Notes: generated by a model from the letters alone, not told the origin. Numbered from the stretch's first letter, positions 1 to 9,328 are shown. The stretch: DNA of 39,919 bases from an uncultured Pirellulales bacterium (GCA_964538525.1 CAZIED010000001.1:1-39919); one strand, 5' to 3'. Translations and numbers: made by a program.

Positions 1-1967
1 GTATGCGTATGTACATCCGCCACGAGCGTCGTTCTGGCTTCATTTGGCTCAACGCCGAGGACTGCTCCTTCAAGTGTATTGCCGAATCCCCTTATATAGG
101 CGTAGTCATTGTCGGAAAGAGCCTGATTAGTCAGCTCTTTATCGGAAATTTCAATCAGCCGAGCGAGAATATCTTCGAGATTCGTCAGGCGTTCTTCTGC
201 TTGAGTGGATAGTGCTTTAAGGTTGCTTAAGCCTAATCGAGTCATTTGGGCCAGCGCAAGAAGCCGACCATAGAATTCAGGCACAGCCTCTATGTAACCG
301 GTTACCTGCGGAGGAAGGCCGGTTGTAATCGGCGTGTAGCTCTGTTTGGCGTAAAGAATAGTGTCATGTCTCAGCTCCGTCCATGAAGAAAGTGCGGCGT
401 TAAGCTCCTTTTTCTGCCAGGCCTCGGTCAGCATAAAGCTGGGGTATCCCTGGCTGAATTCGTTTATCAAGGCTCGTAAGGCATACAGCCAGCTCCAGTA
501 CAGATTGCGATTCCAGTCGTTTATTCCCAGCGCATTGAACTCGGCCTTGAGGCTGTCGAATTGCTGCTGGAAATTGACGTAAGCTGTGTCGTCTTCGCTG
601 GTTAAGATGGTCTTGGCTCGTGCTGAGCCCAGGATTGCCATAACATCCAGTCCGCGAGGATAACACCTTGCCCAGCCGGTGCCGGTGAAGCCATAAGTGA
701 AGGGTTTTGTAGCGGCAGTGCCGGTATAGTCCTGCACCTGCGGGAACACAAGCTGCTGAAATATGTACGAATCAGGTACGAACCGCTGGCCCATAAACCG
801 CATACCTTTGGTTTTATCGAGCACTTCGGCAAGTGATTGAGGTGTCACCGGTAAGGTCACATTTGCATTACCTGTGCCGCCAAAGATTTTCGGCGACGGC
901 AAAAGTGCCAGCTCAGCCTTGAGGGCAAAAAGATTGTTTTCATCTTGCAAGCTCGCAGGGTTGAAGCTGCTGCCGAAGAGCTTATTTATTGCAGCCAGAT
1001 AATCATAAGGTGTAAGGTCATCCGCCAGGCCGACGTAGAAAGATGTAATCGTGTATATCCTTTCCCAAATCTGGCGGCTGGTGCGATACCCTACATTGAC
1101 TGAGTCGATGTCTCCAGCCAGCAGCACCGCCTGCATCGTCTGAATCTTTGCGTCATACGTGCTGATAAGGGCATCGCCGGCAGGTCCCCAAGTCTCGGCG
1201 CCTTTCAGCAGAAATGCCATTCGTCCGTACCACATTAACGTCTTAAAATAGCGTTTTAATCCTTCGCTTTGGGTGTAATGGCCTCGCGGCACATACTGCG
1301 AATAGTCTTCTTTATAGATGAAGATGTCGCTATCTGCAAAGCCTGCGTGTGCATCGATTTTGGCTAATTCACTTGCCACGACGTCTGCGACAAGTGGTGG
1401 GGCAAAAGAGAGCGGGTCGAGCAGTTTCTGCGCAACAGCCAGATATGCCACGTTGCGCTTTGCCGCTTCTTTCAGGTCGCCTGTGTAAACTTCATGCTGT
1501 GCCAGTGCATTATAGAGAAGAACCACCGTCAAGGCCTGAATGTCAGGCAGAAAATGGCTTTCTTCAATATCTTTTAGCGTTTCATCGAACTGGATATGGT
1601 AAAGGTGCAGAAGAGTATCGGCTGTAACGAACAAGGGTACGTTCATCTGTCGCAGGTTTTCGTACGGCTTAACTATGTCGTCGCGATTGGCATCGGGAAC
1701 CTGGAAGTCGTATTCAACGATAGCAAAGCCATTTTGCGTAATCAGTGGTGCGACATTGCTTAGATTAAGCCTCGAATCCATGTCGGTATAGTTGCCGATG
1801 GTCTGTAAATTGAGTGGAAGGGTATAACCCGGCGCATTCGGCTCAATTGTAGTGTGGTAAGGCGTGTAATATTCACTAAAGTTGGATTTACTGTCATTGC
1901 CTTGTACTGCCTGTGCGCTAATACTAATCGCCAAGATAATGGCTGTTGTGTTAACGAGTTTTTTCAT
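1..1967 (-). CDS. Secreted DUF3160-like protein; C-terminus cut by window edge
   Basis: My reverse-strand translation starts at ATG (rc of 1965-1967), preceded by GGAGG (rc of 1976-1980). The N-terminus MKKLVNTTAIILAISISAQAVQG looks like a signal peptide. The same frame was checked at ~300-420 (SSWTELRHDTILYAKQSYTPITTG) and at bases 3-30 (TTLVADVHTH). It is absent from the ORF track, presumably because no stop falls in the window. The WxELRHDTILYAKQSY motif matches my recollection of the DUF3160 family. Confidence 0.6.
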   Translation of the reverse strand, partial: MKKLVNTTAIILAISISAQAVQGNDSKSNFSEYYTPYHTTIEPNAPGYTLPLNLQTIGNYTDMDSRLNLSNVAPLITQNGFAIVEYDFQVPDANRDDIVKPYENLRQMNVPLFVTADTLLHLYHIQFDETLKDIEESHFLPDIQALTVVLLYNALAQHEVYTGDLKEAAKRNVAYLAVAQKLLDPLSFAPPLVADVVASELAKIDAHAGFADSDIFIYKEDYSQYVPRGHYTQSEGLKRYFKTLMWYGRMAFLLKGAETWGPAGDALISTYDAKIQTMQAVLLAGDIDSVNVGYRTSRQIWERIYTITSFYVGLADDLTPYDYLAAINKLFGSSFNPASLQDENNLFALKAELALLPSPKIFGGTGNANVTLPVTPQSLAEVLDKTKGMRFMGQRFVPDSYIFQQLVFPQVQDYTGTAATKPFTYGFTGTGWARCYPRGLDVMAILGSARAKTILTSEDDTAYVNFQQQFDSLKAEFNALGINDWNRNLYWSWLYALRALINEFSQGYPSFMLTEAWQKKELNAALSSWTELRHDTILYAKQSYTPITTGLPPQVTGYIEAVPEFYGRLLALAQMTRLGLSNLKALSTQAEERLTNLEDILARLIEISDKELTNQALSDNDYAYIRGFGNTLEGAVLGVEPNEARTTLVADVHTH

Positions 1968-2267
1968 TTGCGTAACCTCCTAAAGAATTCATATACATTT
2001 CGGATTATATCACAGAAAAAACTCTGCTTCAAGCAGATTCATAGCTTCTAATTATGGTAATTCGGAAAATTTAGGCTAAATGAGAAGTTTTTTCTCGCAA
2101 ACTTCCGGACGTAAAACTCAAAAGGTTATTTAACCCCGAATTCTAAACACTTAACAGGCAGGTTAAAGCTTTAATTGTCTTAAAGCCGATATTGATAATA
2201 TAGGAGTTCACAGTGCTTTAGAGACCCAAACTTTACAACACAAGACTCCAATCTTGAATCTTTATAT

Positions 2268-3212
2268 ATGCTTTTAGCTCAAAAACAATCTATTGCTGAA
2301 AAAAACCCGGCTTTACCTTTAGAGCAGAGTATCGACGATTTTCTTAATTATTTGACCGTGGAGGCGGGCTTGTCCGATAACACGGTTTTGGCTTACGGCA
2401 GAGACCTGACGAGCTTTTTGAAATATTGTACGTCGAACAAAATCAATGGATTGCGGCAGATAACTTCAAACCTTGTACGTAACTATCTGCAGTTTCTCAC
2501 CCATAATCAGATGAGTGAAAACTCGATTAAACGAAGCCTTGTCGCAATACGTATGATGATGCGGTTTGCAAAGCTTATGGGACTTGTCGAGGATGATGTA
2601 ACCGGCACGCTCGAAAGCCCGAAGGTCTGGCAGAGGCTGCCGGTTATCTGCAGCAAACAGCAGGTTATCAACCTTCTAAGTGCTCCACAGCCGACCGACC
2701 CGTTTTACCTGCGAGATAGGGCGATGCTCGAATTGCTTTACGCCACCGGCGTCCGGGCCAGTGAGGTGGCAGGTCTGAGAACTTCCGATCTGAACATTCA
2801 GGTAGGCTACCTTCGATGTTACGGCAAAGGCGGAAGAGAGCGGGTGATTCCGCTCGGCAGGATAGCATCAGCGGCGATAGTCGATTATTTGACTGCTCCC
2901 GAAGGACGTGCAAAGCTAATCAAGCCTAAAAGTGCAGATTTTCTTCTATTGTCACGAACAGGCAGGCCTTTGAGCCGTATTGAAATCTGGAGATTGGTTA
3001 AAAAATATGCAATTCGTGCAGGTATGCCGAGGAATCTAACGGTACATACATTAAGACACTGTTTCGCAACGCATCTACTGGCTGGAGGAGCAGACCTGCG
3101 CAGCATACAAGAAATGCTCGGACATGTGGATATAGCCACAACTCAAATATATACGCACGTTGACCAGGATAGATTGCGAAGGATTCATAAGAAGTTCCAT
3201 CCGAGGCCGTAA
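2268..3212 (+). CDS. xerD: Tyrosine site-specific recombinase, XerD/XerC type
   Basis: 314 aa. The N-terminal core-binding pattern is FLNYLTVEAGLSDNTVLAYGRDLTSFL. The catalytic region has ATGVRASE...GKGGRERVIPLG...HTLRHCFATHLLAGGADLRSIQEMLGHVDIATTQIYTHV, giving the R..H-x-x-R..H..Y signature. Assignment to XerD rather than XerC is less certain. Confidence 0.85.
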   Translation: MLLAQKQSIAEKNPALPLEQSIDDFLNYLTVEAGLSDNTVLAYGRDLTSFLKYCTSNKINGLRQITSNLVRNYLQFLTHNQMSENSIKRSLVAIRMMMRFAKLMGLVEDDVTGTLESPKVWQRLPVICSKQQVINLLSAPQPTDPFYLRDRAMLELLYATGVRASEVAGLRTSDLNIQVGYLRCYGKGGRERVIPLGRIASAAIVDYLTAPEGRAKLIKPKSADFLLLSRTGRPLSRIEIWRLVKKYAIRAGMPRNLTVHTLRHCFATHLLAGGADLRSIQEMLGHVDIATTQIYTHVDQDRLRRIHKKFHPRP

Positions 3213-3224
3213 ACGAGAAAAAAT

Positions 3225-3290
3225 CCCGCGATAAACCCGTCCCCTCGACTTTGCTCGGGGCAGGCCTAAGCCAGGTCGAAGGATCGCGGG
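3225..3290 (+). terminator. GC-rich long hairpin downstream of xerD; terminator-like but lacks a T-tract
   Basis: CCCGCGAT (3225-3232) is perfectly complementary to ATCGCGGG (3283-3290). The interior has further partial pairing (CCTCGAC / GTCGAAGG). It is followed by an A-rich rather than T-rich tract, so it is not a canonical rho-independent terminator for the plus strand. Confidence 0.3.
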
Positions 3291-3321
3291 GCTAAATATT
3301 AAAAAAACTTCCGATAGTCAA

Positions 3322-3349
3322 TTGACTTAAATAAGATAATAAGTAAAAT
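3322..3349 (+). promoter_or_regulatory. Candidate sigma70-like promoter for the HEAT-repeat gene
   Basis: TTGACT (3322-3327), a 16-nt spacer, then TAAAAT (3344-3349), ~43 nt upstream of ATG 3392. The -35 lies inside the perfect 12-nt palindrome AGTCAATTGACT (3316-3327). Pattern match by eye only. Confidence 0.3.
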
Positions 3350-3391
3350 TGTTGTATCTCTGCGAAGAAACTCTTGTTTGAGGTCAACCGA

Positions 3392-5653
3392 ATGGGCGGA
3401 AAACGGCTGATTCTGTTAATGTTGCTGCTTTTCTTTGGGATATTTCAACAAACCGGGATTGCGCAAGATAAGACCACATCGGCCGAAAGTAAACCTGCTA
3501 CCGAACCTAAGCCTGATGAGCAGCTGGAAATCAACAAAAATACACTTCTTAAAGGTCCCAGCGAGGATATCCGTGTAAAAGCCGCAACGGTGATGTTATA
3601 TAGCAGCGACCCGCTGGCTCGAAAAATTATCCTTGATACTCTAAAACAGTCAGAAAATGCAGCGGCACGAGCGGCTGTGTGCAAAGCACTTATACAAACG
3701 CGGGCTGCACAGAAGCCGATTGAGAATAAGCAAGAGTTTATTCAACCTTTGTTTGAGATGCTGGCTTCTACCGATGATTCTACCGGAGCCAGGCTTGCTG
3801 CCGAATCGACCTTAATTTTCAGGTATGACCAGATACAAGAGCTTATAGAACGTTTCGTTACAGATGCTTCATTGCCACTAAAAGCCCGTTTAAATGCGAT
3901 ATATACATTGAGACTTCACCCGGATATAAAGGCTATATTTAAGCTGCTGAATCTTCTTGATGACCCTGATAGTCAGGTGGCTTCGGCATCGCAGACCGCC
4001 CTAAATTCCATGGGCATACCGGCGAGCAAAGACCCCGAAGCACGAAAAAAAATTATAAGTGAGCTTGAAGGACAAGGACTGGATGCGTTCTTGCGAGACA
4101 GGCTGATTACCAGAGAAACAGAGATACGCAGGCTTGAGACCAGATTAAGCGTATGGCAGGAACGCTATCTGTCGGCACTTGATAAAATATATGATTCAAC
4201 TACCGATGACGCAGCAAAGGGGAAATTTTTGGCTGAACAACTGTCTGTTTCGGAATCTTTGATGAAATTGTGGGCTTTGGATAAGATTTCACAACGGCGG
4301 ACAGGCACAAATCCGAAATTGCCCATCGAGCTGGGACCGATTTTGATGAATTTGATTTCCGACCAGGATAGAAATGTCCGCCTTAAAACTGCCAGGCTTT
4401 TGGCACTTATGGGAGAATTGGATACAGCCCAGCAGCTGCTGGAGCAGCTCAAGATCGAGCAGGATGATGAGGTTAAAACTGAGCTATTCGTTGCACTTGG
4501 CAGGGCTTGTTACCTGGCCTTATTGCCGGATGCAAAGTTTAAGATTTCAGTCGATATAAGAAAACAGACCCTCGAATGGGCGGTAAAGTATCTGTCCGAG
4601 CAGGATCCTCAAAAGGTGCGCAAGGGCGCTGAAGTAATAAGAAGATTGCTTGAGCAGGATGGATTAACCGCAGAAGAGGTTGATAGATGCCTTGTTTTGC
4701 TTGTGGAGAGATTTAACCAGCAAGGCAGTATCGCCGAAGGTGCTTTGCGAGGAGAGCTGCTTAGTGCAATGACAGGACTTTGTGCACCCCAGAGTTTTCA
4801 CAATGCACAGGCAAAGAAACATTTTAGGCCTTTATTTGAGAAGGCTCTCAGCGATAAAACGGATCTGGTTCGCGAAGCTGCGGTGGATGGGCTTATCTAT
4901 ATCGATAAGGCTGGGGCATTAAAAGACTTGAGAAAGAATTATATTAACGATAACAGCGTAATCGTGAGAAAGAAGCTTATCGACCTTGCCGGGGAAGTGG
5001 GGTCAAAGGAAGACCTCACCTGGCTGGCAGGGAAAATCGGGTCTAATGCCGAGAGCGAGCCGGCCTGGCAGGCGATGCTCAAGATATTCAATAGCTCTAA
5101 TGCAGCCGTCTTGAATGAATGGACGGACGTATTTTTTTCTGAAAATAGCCAATATAGGCTCTCAGATGAGCAAAAAAGTGCGTTTCTTGAGATAGCAGAG
5201 CGAAAGGCTATCAGTGAAAACAAACAGGATATTATAAAGAGCGTCAGAGATAAATTGGCTGCTATTTATTTTAAGATAGGTCAGTACGAAAGGGCGGCTG
5301 ATTATCTGGGAAAATTGTATGAAGCTGCCAAGACCGGAAGGGAAAAAGAGGAAATTTTACCAAGATTGCTGAGTGCATATCTGAGGTGGTCCAAAATGGA
5401 GGCGGCGGCCAAATTAGTCGAAAACCGCCTGCTGGAAAAAGACGTAGAGCCGCAGTGTCTTATTACGCGTGCGATAGATGATTATATAAATAATCCGCCG
5501 GCCGGAGCTAACACTCAGGAATTGTTAAAAATCCTGTCAGGTATAAAGCTCCCTGTAGAAAGGCCGATTTGGCGGCAGCAAATTATAGACTGGAATGAAC
5601 GAATTAAAACGTCGGAGGCAGAGAAAGACTTAGATATACCAACGATTGAGTGA
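3392..5653 (+). CDS. Secreted HEAT-repeat / TPR-like protein of unknown function
   Basis: This is the long ORF 3374-5653 in the track. I prefer ATG 3392 (MGGKRLILLMLLLFFGIFQQTGIAQD, a signal-peptide-like start) over TTG 3374. It has repeated HEAT/PBS-lyase-like units (DDPDSQVASASQTALNSMG, SDQDRNVRLKTARLLALMGE, SDKTDLVREAAVDGLIYI). The C-terminus has a TPR-like YFKIGQYERAADYLGKLYEAA. I recognise no catalytic motif. Confidence 0.7.
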   Translation: MGGKRLILLMLLLFFGIFQQTGIAQDKTTSAESKPATEPKPDEQLEINKNTLLKGPSEDIRVKAATVMLYSSDPLARKIILDTLKQSENAAARAAVCKALIQTRAAQKPIENKQEFIQPLFEMLASTDDSTGARLAAESTLIFRYDQIQELIERFVTDASLPLKARLNAIYTLRLHPDIKAIFKLLNLLDDPDSQVASASQTALNSMGIPASKDPEARKKIISELEGQGLDAFLRDRLITRETEIRRLETRLSVWQERYLSALDKIYDSTTDDAAKGKFLAEQLSVSESLMKLWALDKISQRRTGTNPKLPIELGPILMNLISDQDRNVRLKTARLLALMGELDTAQQLLEQLKIEQDDEVKTELFVALGRACYLALLPDAKFKISVDIRKQTLEWAVKYLSEQDPQKVRKGAEVIRRLLEQDGLTAEEVDRCLVLLVERFNQQGSIAEGALRGELLSAMTGLCAPQSFHNAQAKKHFRPLFEKALSDKTDLVREAAVDGLIYIDKAGALKDLRKNYINDNSVIVRKKLIDLAGEVGSKEDLTWLAGKIGSNAESEPAWQAMLKIFNSSNAAVLNEWTDVFFSENSQYRLSDEQKSAFLEIAERKAISENKQDIIKSVRDKLAAIYFKIGQYERAADYLGKLYEAAKTGREKEEILPRLLSAYLRWSKMEAAAKLVENRLLEKDVEPQCLITRAIDDYINNPPAGANTQELLKILSGIKLPVERPIWRQQIIDWNERIKTSEAEKDLDIPTIE

Positions 5654-5785
5654 AACCTCTATAATAGGGGCATAATTGAGAGGGATGGGCAGGCGGATTC
5701 GGCTGGGGTAGTTTCTGTGGGAAAACCGGGTAATACAATTATTTTGTCATTTTTTAATTTTTTTCGAATTTTGTCTTTTTTATCT

Positions 5786-5814
5786 TTGCACTAATAAGGT
5801 TATTTCCGTATTCT
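5786..5814 (+). promoter_or_regulatory. Candidate promoter for tRNA-Thr / tuf
   Basis: TTGCAC (5786-5791), a 17-nt spacer, then TATTCT (5809-5814), preceded by a T-rich UP-like tract (5740-5785). It sits ~170 nt upstream of tRNA-Thr. Pattern match only. Confidence 0.25.
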
Positions 5815-5981
5815 ATTGGTTTTATATTATTAAATAAACATTCATTAAGCGTCTTTAGATAAGCTTATTGTTTGAGGAAAAGAGGGTGTGAACATTTGCT
5901 ACGCTGCATGCATAGCACAATGAAGGTGTTTGTAGGTATTGAGCGCAGGATTAGTGCCGTACTAATGACGATAAAGGTTTT

Positions 5982-6054
5982 GCTGCTGTAGCTCAGCTGG
6001 TAGAGCGCTTCCTTGGTAAGGATGAGGTCATGGGTTCAAATCCCATCAGCAGCT
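5982..6054 (+). tRNA. tRNA-Thr (anticodon GGT)
   Basis: Manual cloverleaf: acceptor GCTGCTG/CAGCAGC, D arm GCTC-AGCTGGTA-GAGC, anticodon arm CTTCC-TTGGTAA-GGATG (one mismatch), T arm ATGGG-TTCAAAT-CCCAT, discriminator T. A tRNA-Thr upstream of tuf is a classic arrangement. Confidence 0.93.
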
Positions 6055-6196
6055 AAATGTAATGTATGCAGGGCTGGGCTGATTGGTGGATGTTTCAGTC
6101 AGGTTTTTGGCTAATTATATCAAATAATATATGTGAAGAATTTGTTGTGGGATGAGCAAATGAGCAATAACCGGCAAATTGGAGGTTAGTATAACA

Positions 6197-7423
6197 ATGG
6201 CTAAAGCGGTATTCGAGCGGACAAAACCACATGTAAACGTTGGAACAATCGGTCACGTTGACCATGGCAAGACTACTTTAACGGCTGCGATGACAAGAGT
6301 GATGGATTTCAAGGGACTGTCGAAGTTCAAGTCCTATGATGAAATCGCCAAGGCATCGGAATCGCAGGGCCGACGCGATGAAACTAAAATTTTGACAATT
6401 GCCACCGCGCATGTCGAGTATGTGACGGAAAATCGGCACTATGCGCATGTCGATTGCCCCGGTCACGCGGATTATGTCAAGAACATGATTACCGGTGCAG
6501 CACAGATGGATGGTGCTATTCTTGTCGTCAGTGCAGCAGACGGACCTATGCCGCAGACCCGCGAGCACATTCTGCTGGCCCGTCAGGTTAATGTGCCTAC
6601 CATGATTGTTTTCCTGAATAAAGTCGATTTGGTGGACGATCCTGAACTGATCGATTTGGTTGAGCTTGAGATAAGAGATCTGTTGAATAAATACGAGTTC
6701 CCGGGCGACGACACGCCGATTATAAGAGGTTCCGCTCTGAAGGCAATGAGAGCTGAAAGCATCGATGACCCCGCATGTCCGTCTATTATTGAATTACTGA
6801 GGGTGATGGATGAATATATCCCGATTCCGGTTCGCAATGTGGATAAGCCGTTCCTTATGCCGGTTGAAGACGTTTTCAGCATCAAGGGCCGCGGCACGGT
6901 CGGCACCGGCAGAGTTGACCGTGGCCGAATCAGGGTCGGCGATGAGGTTGAAATCATCGGTCTTTCAAAGGAGACACGTAAAACCATTGTCACCGGCGTG
7001 GAGATGTTTAATAAAACCCTCAATGAGGGCCAGGCTGGTGACAATATAGGTTTGCTTTTACGCGGAGTGGAGAAAAAGGAGCTGGAGCGAGGGCAAGTCG
7101 TAGCTATACCGGGCAGTATCACTCCTCATACCAAATTTCATGCTGAGGTCTATGTGCTGACCAAAGAAGAAGGTGGACGTCATACGCCATTCTTCCCAGG
7201 TTACAAACCGCAGTTTTATTTCAGAACCACAGATGTCACCGGTTCGATTCTTGGGCTGTTGAGCACAGAAGGTAAATCTGCCGAGATGTGTATGCCGGGC
7301 GATAATATAACCATGGAGGTGGAGATTATCTTCCCCATCGCAATGGAAGAAGGCCTGCGTTTTGCTATTCGAGAAGGCGGCAGAACGGTCGGTGCTGGTG
7401 TAGTGACGAAGATTATTGCATAG
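6197..7423 (+). CDS. tuf: Elongation factor Tu
   Basis: [28 protein letters not shown], with DCPGHADY and NKVD GTPase motifs. GGAGG at 6181-6185 precedes ATG 6197. The track start at 6179 (TTG) is judged an upstream extension. Confidence 0.97.
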   Translation: MAKAVFERTKPHVNVGTIGHVDHGKTTLTAAMTRVMDFKGLSKFKSYDEIAKASESQGRRDETKILTIATAHVEYVTENRHYAHVDCPGHADYVKNMITGAAQMDGAILVVSAADGPMPQTREHILLARQVNVPTMIVFLNKVDLVDDPELIDLVELEIRDLLNKYEFPGDDTPIIRGSALKAMRAESIDDPACPSIIELLRVMDEYIPIPVRNVDKPFLMPVEDVFSIKGRGTVGTGRVDRGRIRVGDEVEIIGLSKETRKTIVTGVEMFNKTLNEGQAGDNIGLLLRGVEKKELERGQVVAIPGSITPHTKFHAEVYVLTKEEGGRHTPFFPGYKPQFYFRTTDVTGSILGLLSTEGKSAEMCMPGDNITMEVEIIFPIAMEEGLRFAIREGGRTVGAGVVTKIIA

Positions 7424-7558
7424 CATTTCTGAATAATCACTGTGCTTTGCAGGGGTAAAAGATAGTGCTACAGCCGGCGGGAAAGAATCTTCGGTTAATA
7501 CCTACGGTTTGGCAAATAATTTTTGGATACGTGGCCTGCGTGGCAGGTTTAGGTTTCT

Positions 7559-7729
7559 ATGGCAAAGAAAAAAAGCAAAAGGGAAAATGTTTGGCTTGAA
7601 TGTTCGGAATGCAGCGGCAGAAATTATCGCACGAGCATAAACGTAGCTGAAGGTGTGCCGAAAATCGAGCTTAAAAAATTCTGCAAAAAGGAACGTAAAC
7701 ATACTGTTCACAAGATTCGACGTAAGTAG
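7559..7729 (+). CDS. rpmG: 50S ribosomal protein L33
   Basis: Below the ORF-track size cut-off. My translation is MAKKKSKRENVWLECSECSGRNYRTSINVAEGVPKIELKKFCKKERKHTVHKIRRK*. It shows the L33 pattern (CxxC ... KKFC..ERKHT.HKE/I) and the conserved position before tRNA-Trp-secE-nusG. Confidence 0.9.
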   Translation: MAKKKSKRENVWLECSECSGRNYRTSINVAEGVPKIELKKFCKKERKHTVHKIRRK

Positions 7730-7767
7730 GGCTAATGCGTCTGTTCGAGACGTGAGGTGTAAATGGT

Positions 7768-7841
7768 AGGCCAGTAGCTCAATTTGGCAGAGCATCGGTC
7801 TCCAAAACCGAAGGTTGCGGGTTCGATTCCCTCCTGGCCTG
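7768..7841 (+). tRNA. tRNA-Trp (anticodon CCA)
   Basis: Manual cloverleaf: acceptor AGGCCAG/CTGGCCT, D arm GCTC-AATTTGGCA-GAGC, anticodon arm TCGGT-CTCCAAA-ACCGA, T arm GCGGG-TTCGATT-CCCTC (one C-T mismatch), discriminator G. Typical location upstream of secE. Confidence 0.9.
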
Positions 7842-7894
7842 CTTGGTTTTGTTAGAGATGGTTGTAAATAAAGGTTTTTAATTAGGATTTTAGC

Positions 7895-8278
7895 GTGATT
7901 TTTAAAATTTATAAAGCCGGACAGGGAAAGTACACAAGACTATGCAGTGGTATTGGTGTTGCCGTCGTTATAGGATTGGGTTGTTTGCGGCTGTATAATA
8001 TGCTGGAGACGGCTGATTTGGGATTGTGGGTGGAGAGAATGGTGCCGGCTGTTTTGTTTGTCGCGTTGGGCGCTTTGACTCTTTGGCTGATCAATAAGCC
8101 TACCATTGCGGACTTTATGATCGCAGCCGAAGGTGAAATGAAAAAAGTGAACTGGTCCAGCAGGAGAGAAGTGGCGTTTTCAACACTGATTGTTATCATA
8201 GTTGTAGTTTTTCTGGCTCTGATTATTGGATTTACAGATACGATTTTCCAGTTGTTCTTTGGCTGGCTTTTGGGATAA
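7895..8278 (+). CDS. secE: Preprotein translocase subunit SecE
   Basis: 127 aa with a GTG start. There are three hydrophobic segments. The last one is preceded by the conserved SecE signature EMKKVNWSSRREV. It sits immediately upstream of nusG. Confidence 0.85.
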   Translation: MIFKIYKAGQGKYTRLCSGIGVAVVIGLGCLRLYNMLETADLGLWVERMVPAVLFVALGALTLWLINKPTIADFMIAAEGEMKKVNWSSRREVAFSTLIVIIVVVFLALIIGFTDTIFQLFFGWLLG

Positions 8279-8311
8279 GCCATAACCATAATTTGGGATA
8301 AGGCATAAACT

Positions 8312-8854
8312 GTGCGCTGGTTTGTTCTGCGAGTTGCGGCAAATAAAGAGATGCAGGTAAGAGATACCCTCGACCAGAAGGTGCAGCAAGAGGGTTTGAC
8401 CGATATTATTGGCAGGATAGAAGTTCCTGTGGAGCAGATTAAGCGTATCCGAGGCGGCAAGCAGACGGTGTACAAACGAAAATTGTATCCCGGCTATGTT
8501 TTTATGGAAATGGAGCCGACCGAGGACGGCCGGGTGCCGGAAAGAGCCTGGTTTATGATAAAAGGAACCTCAGGCGTGGGAGATTTTATCGGCACGGAGG
8601 GAGTTCCCACCCCGATGAGAGACACCGACGTGGCAAAGATGCTGCTGGAGGCAGAAAAACCTGAGGAAGCACCGAGCATTAAGGTCGAGTTTAACAAGGG
8701 AGACCATATTAAAATCAGGGAAGGCGCATTCGAAAACTTTGAAGGTACTGTAGATTCGATTGATTCCGAGCGCGGGATTGTGAAGGTTATTGTGACTATT
8801 TTTGGCCGAAGCACCCCGCTGGACATAGAATATTGGCAGATTGAGAAATTATAA
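8312..8854 (+). CDS. nusG: Transcription termination/antitermination factor NusG
   Basis: 180 aa with a GTG start. The NGN domain begins MRWFVLRVAANKE...KLYPGYVFMEM. The C-terminal KOW is GDHIKIREGAFENFEGTVDSID...VKVIVTIFGRSTPLDIEYWQIE. Confidence 0.93.
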   Translation: MRWFVLRVAANKEMQVRDTLDQKVQQEGLTDIIGRIEVPVEQIKRIRGGKQTVYKRKLYPGYVFMEMEPTEDGRVPERAWFMIKGTSGVGDFIGTEGVPTPMRDTDVAKMLLEAEKPEEAPSIKVEFNKGDHIKIREGAFENFEGTVDSIDSERGIVKVIVTIFGRSTPLDIEYWQIEKL

Positions 8855-8896
8855 TTGAGAAGGGCAATTTTTTAATATTTGAGAGAAAAGGTAAAG

Positions 8897-9328
8897 ATGG
8901 CCAAAGAGATAGCGGTAAAGATAAAGTTGCAAGCGCTGGGCGGCCAGGCGACGCCGGCACCGCCGGTTGGGCCGGCTTTGGGTCAGCATGGCGTAAATAT
9001 TGGTCAATTTGTATCGCAATTTAATGAGCGGACAAAGCAGCTTAACGGAACGCCAGTGCCGGTTGTGATAACTGTTTATAAGGATAAAAGTTTTACGTTC
9101 GAGGTTAAAAGTCCGCCGGCGGCGGTCCTGCTTAAACAGGCGGCGGAGATTGCAAAAGGAAGCGGTGTTCCGAATAAGGAAAAGGTCGGAAAAGTTACCG
9201 CTGAGCAGGTCCGCAAGATAGCCCAGACCAAATTTAAGGATTTGAACGCATACGACCTCGAGTGTGCTGAAAAAATTATACGGGGCACCGCCAGAAGTAT
9301 GGGTATCGAAATAATTGAAAACAGCTAA
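8897..9328 (+). CDS. rplK: 50S ribosomal protein L11
   Basis: [35 protein letters not shown] is the canonical L11 N-terminus. ATG 8897 is preferred over the track's upstream start at 8879. Confidence 0.95.
   Translation: MAKEIAVKIKLQALGGQATPAPPVGPALGQHGVNIGQFVSQFNERTKQLNGTPVPVVITVYKDKSFTFEVKSPPAAVLLKQAAEIAKGSGVPNKEKVGKVTAEQVRKIAQTKFKDLNAYDLECAEKIIRGTARSMGIEIIENS

Noticed and set aside
2268-3212. Tyrosine recombinase near a tRNA gene as a marker of an integrated mobile element or genomic island
   Set aside because: The sequence has the XerC/XerD chromosome-dimer-resolution architecture and length rather than a phage-integrase N-terminus. The tRNA-Thr lies 2.7 kb away across an unrelated gene. 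I see no att-like direct repeat of the tRNA 3' end and no cargo genes.
6179-6196. Upstream-extended starts given by the ORF track (tuf 6179, HEAT protein 3374, rplK 8879, rpoB 11190, rplF 30799, HIT 39369)
   Set aside because: In each case a downstream ATG reproduces the canonical family N-terminus (for example [12 protein letters not shown] and [11 protein letters not shown]). That ATG is also better placed relative to a GGAGG-like sequence or the preceding stop, so the extensions add non-conserved residues.
6583-7440. Minus-strand ORFs of 179, 122 and 74 aa opposite tuf
   Set aside because: They are antisense to EF-Tu and their translations are Ser/Thr/Pro-rich shadow sequence.
7502-7795. 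97-aa minus-strand ORF
   Set aside because: It overlaps both the clear L33 gene (7559-7729, plus strand) and tRNA-Trp, so it is not credible as a gene.
7768-7841. C-T mismatch in the T stem of tRNA-Trp, considered as a sign of a pseudo-tRNA
   Set aside because: All other stems, the T loop (TTCGATT), the anticodon loop (CTCCAAA) and the genomic context are canonical. A single mismatch is tolerated in functional tRNAs, and I may also have mis-parsed it by eye.
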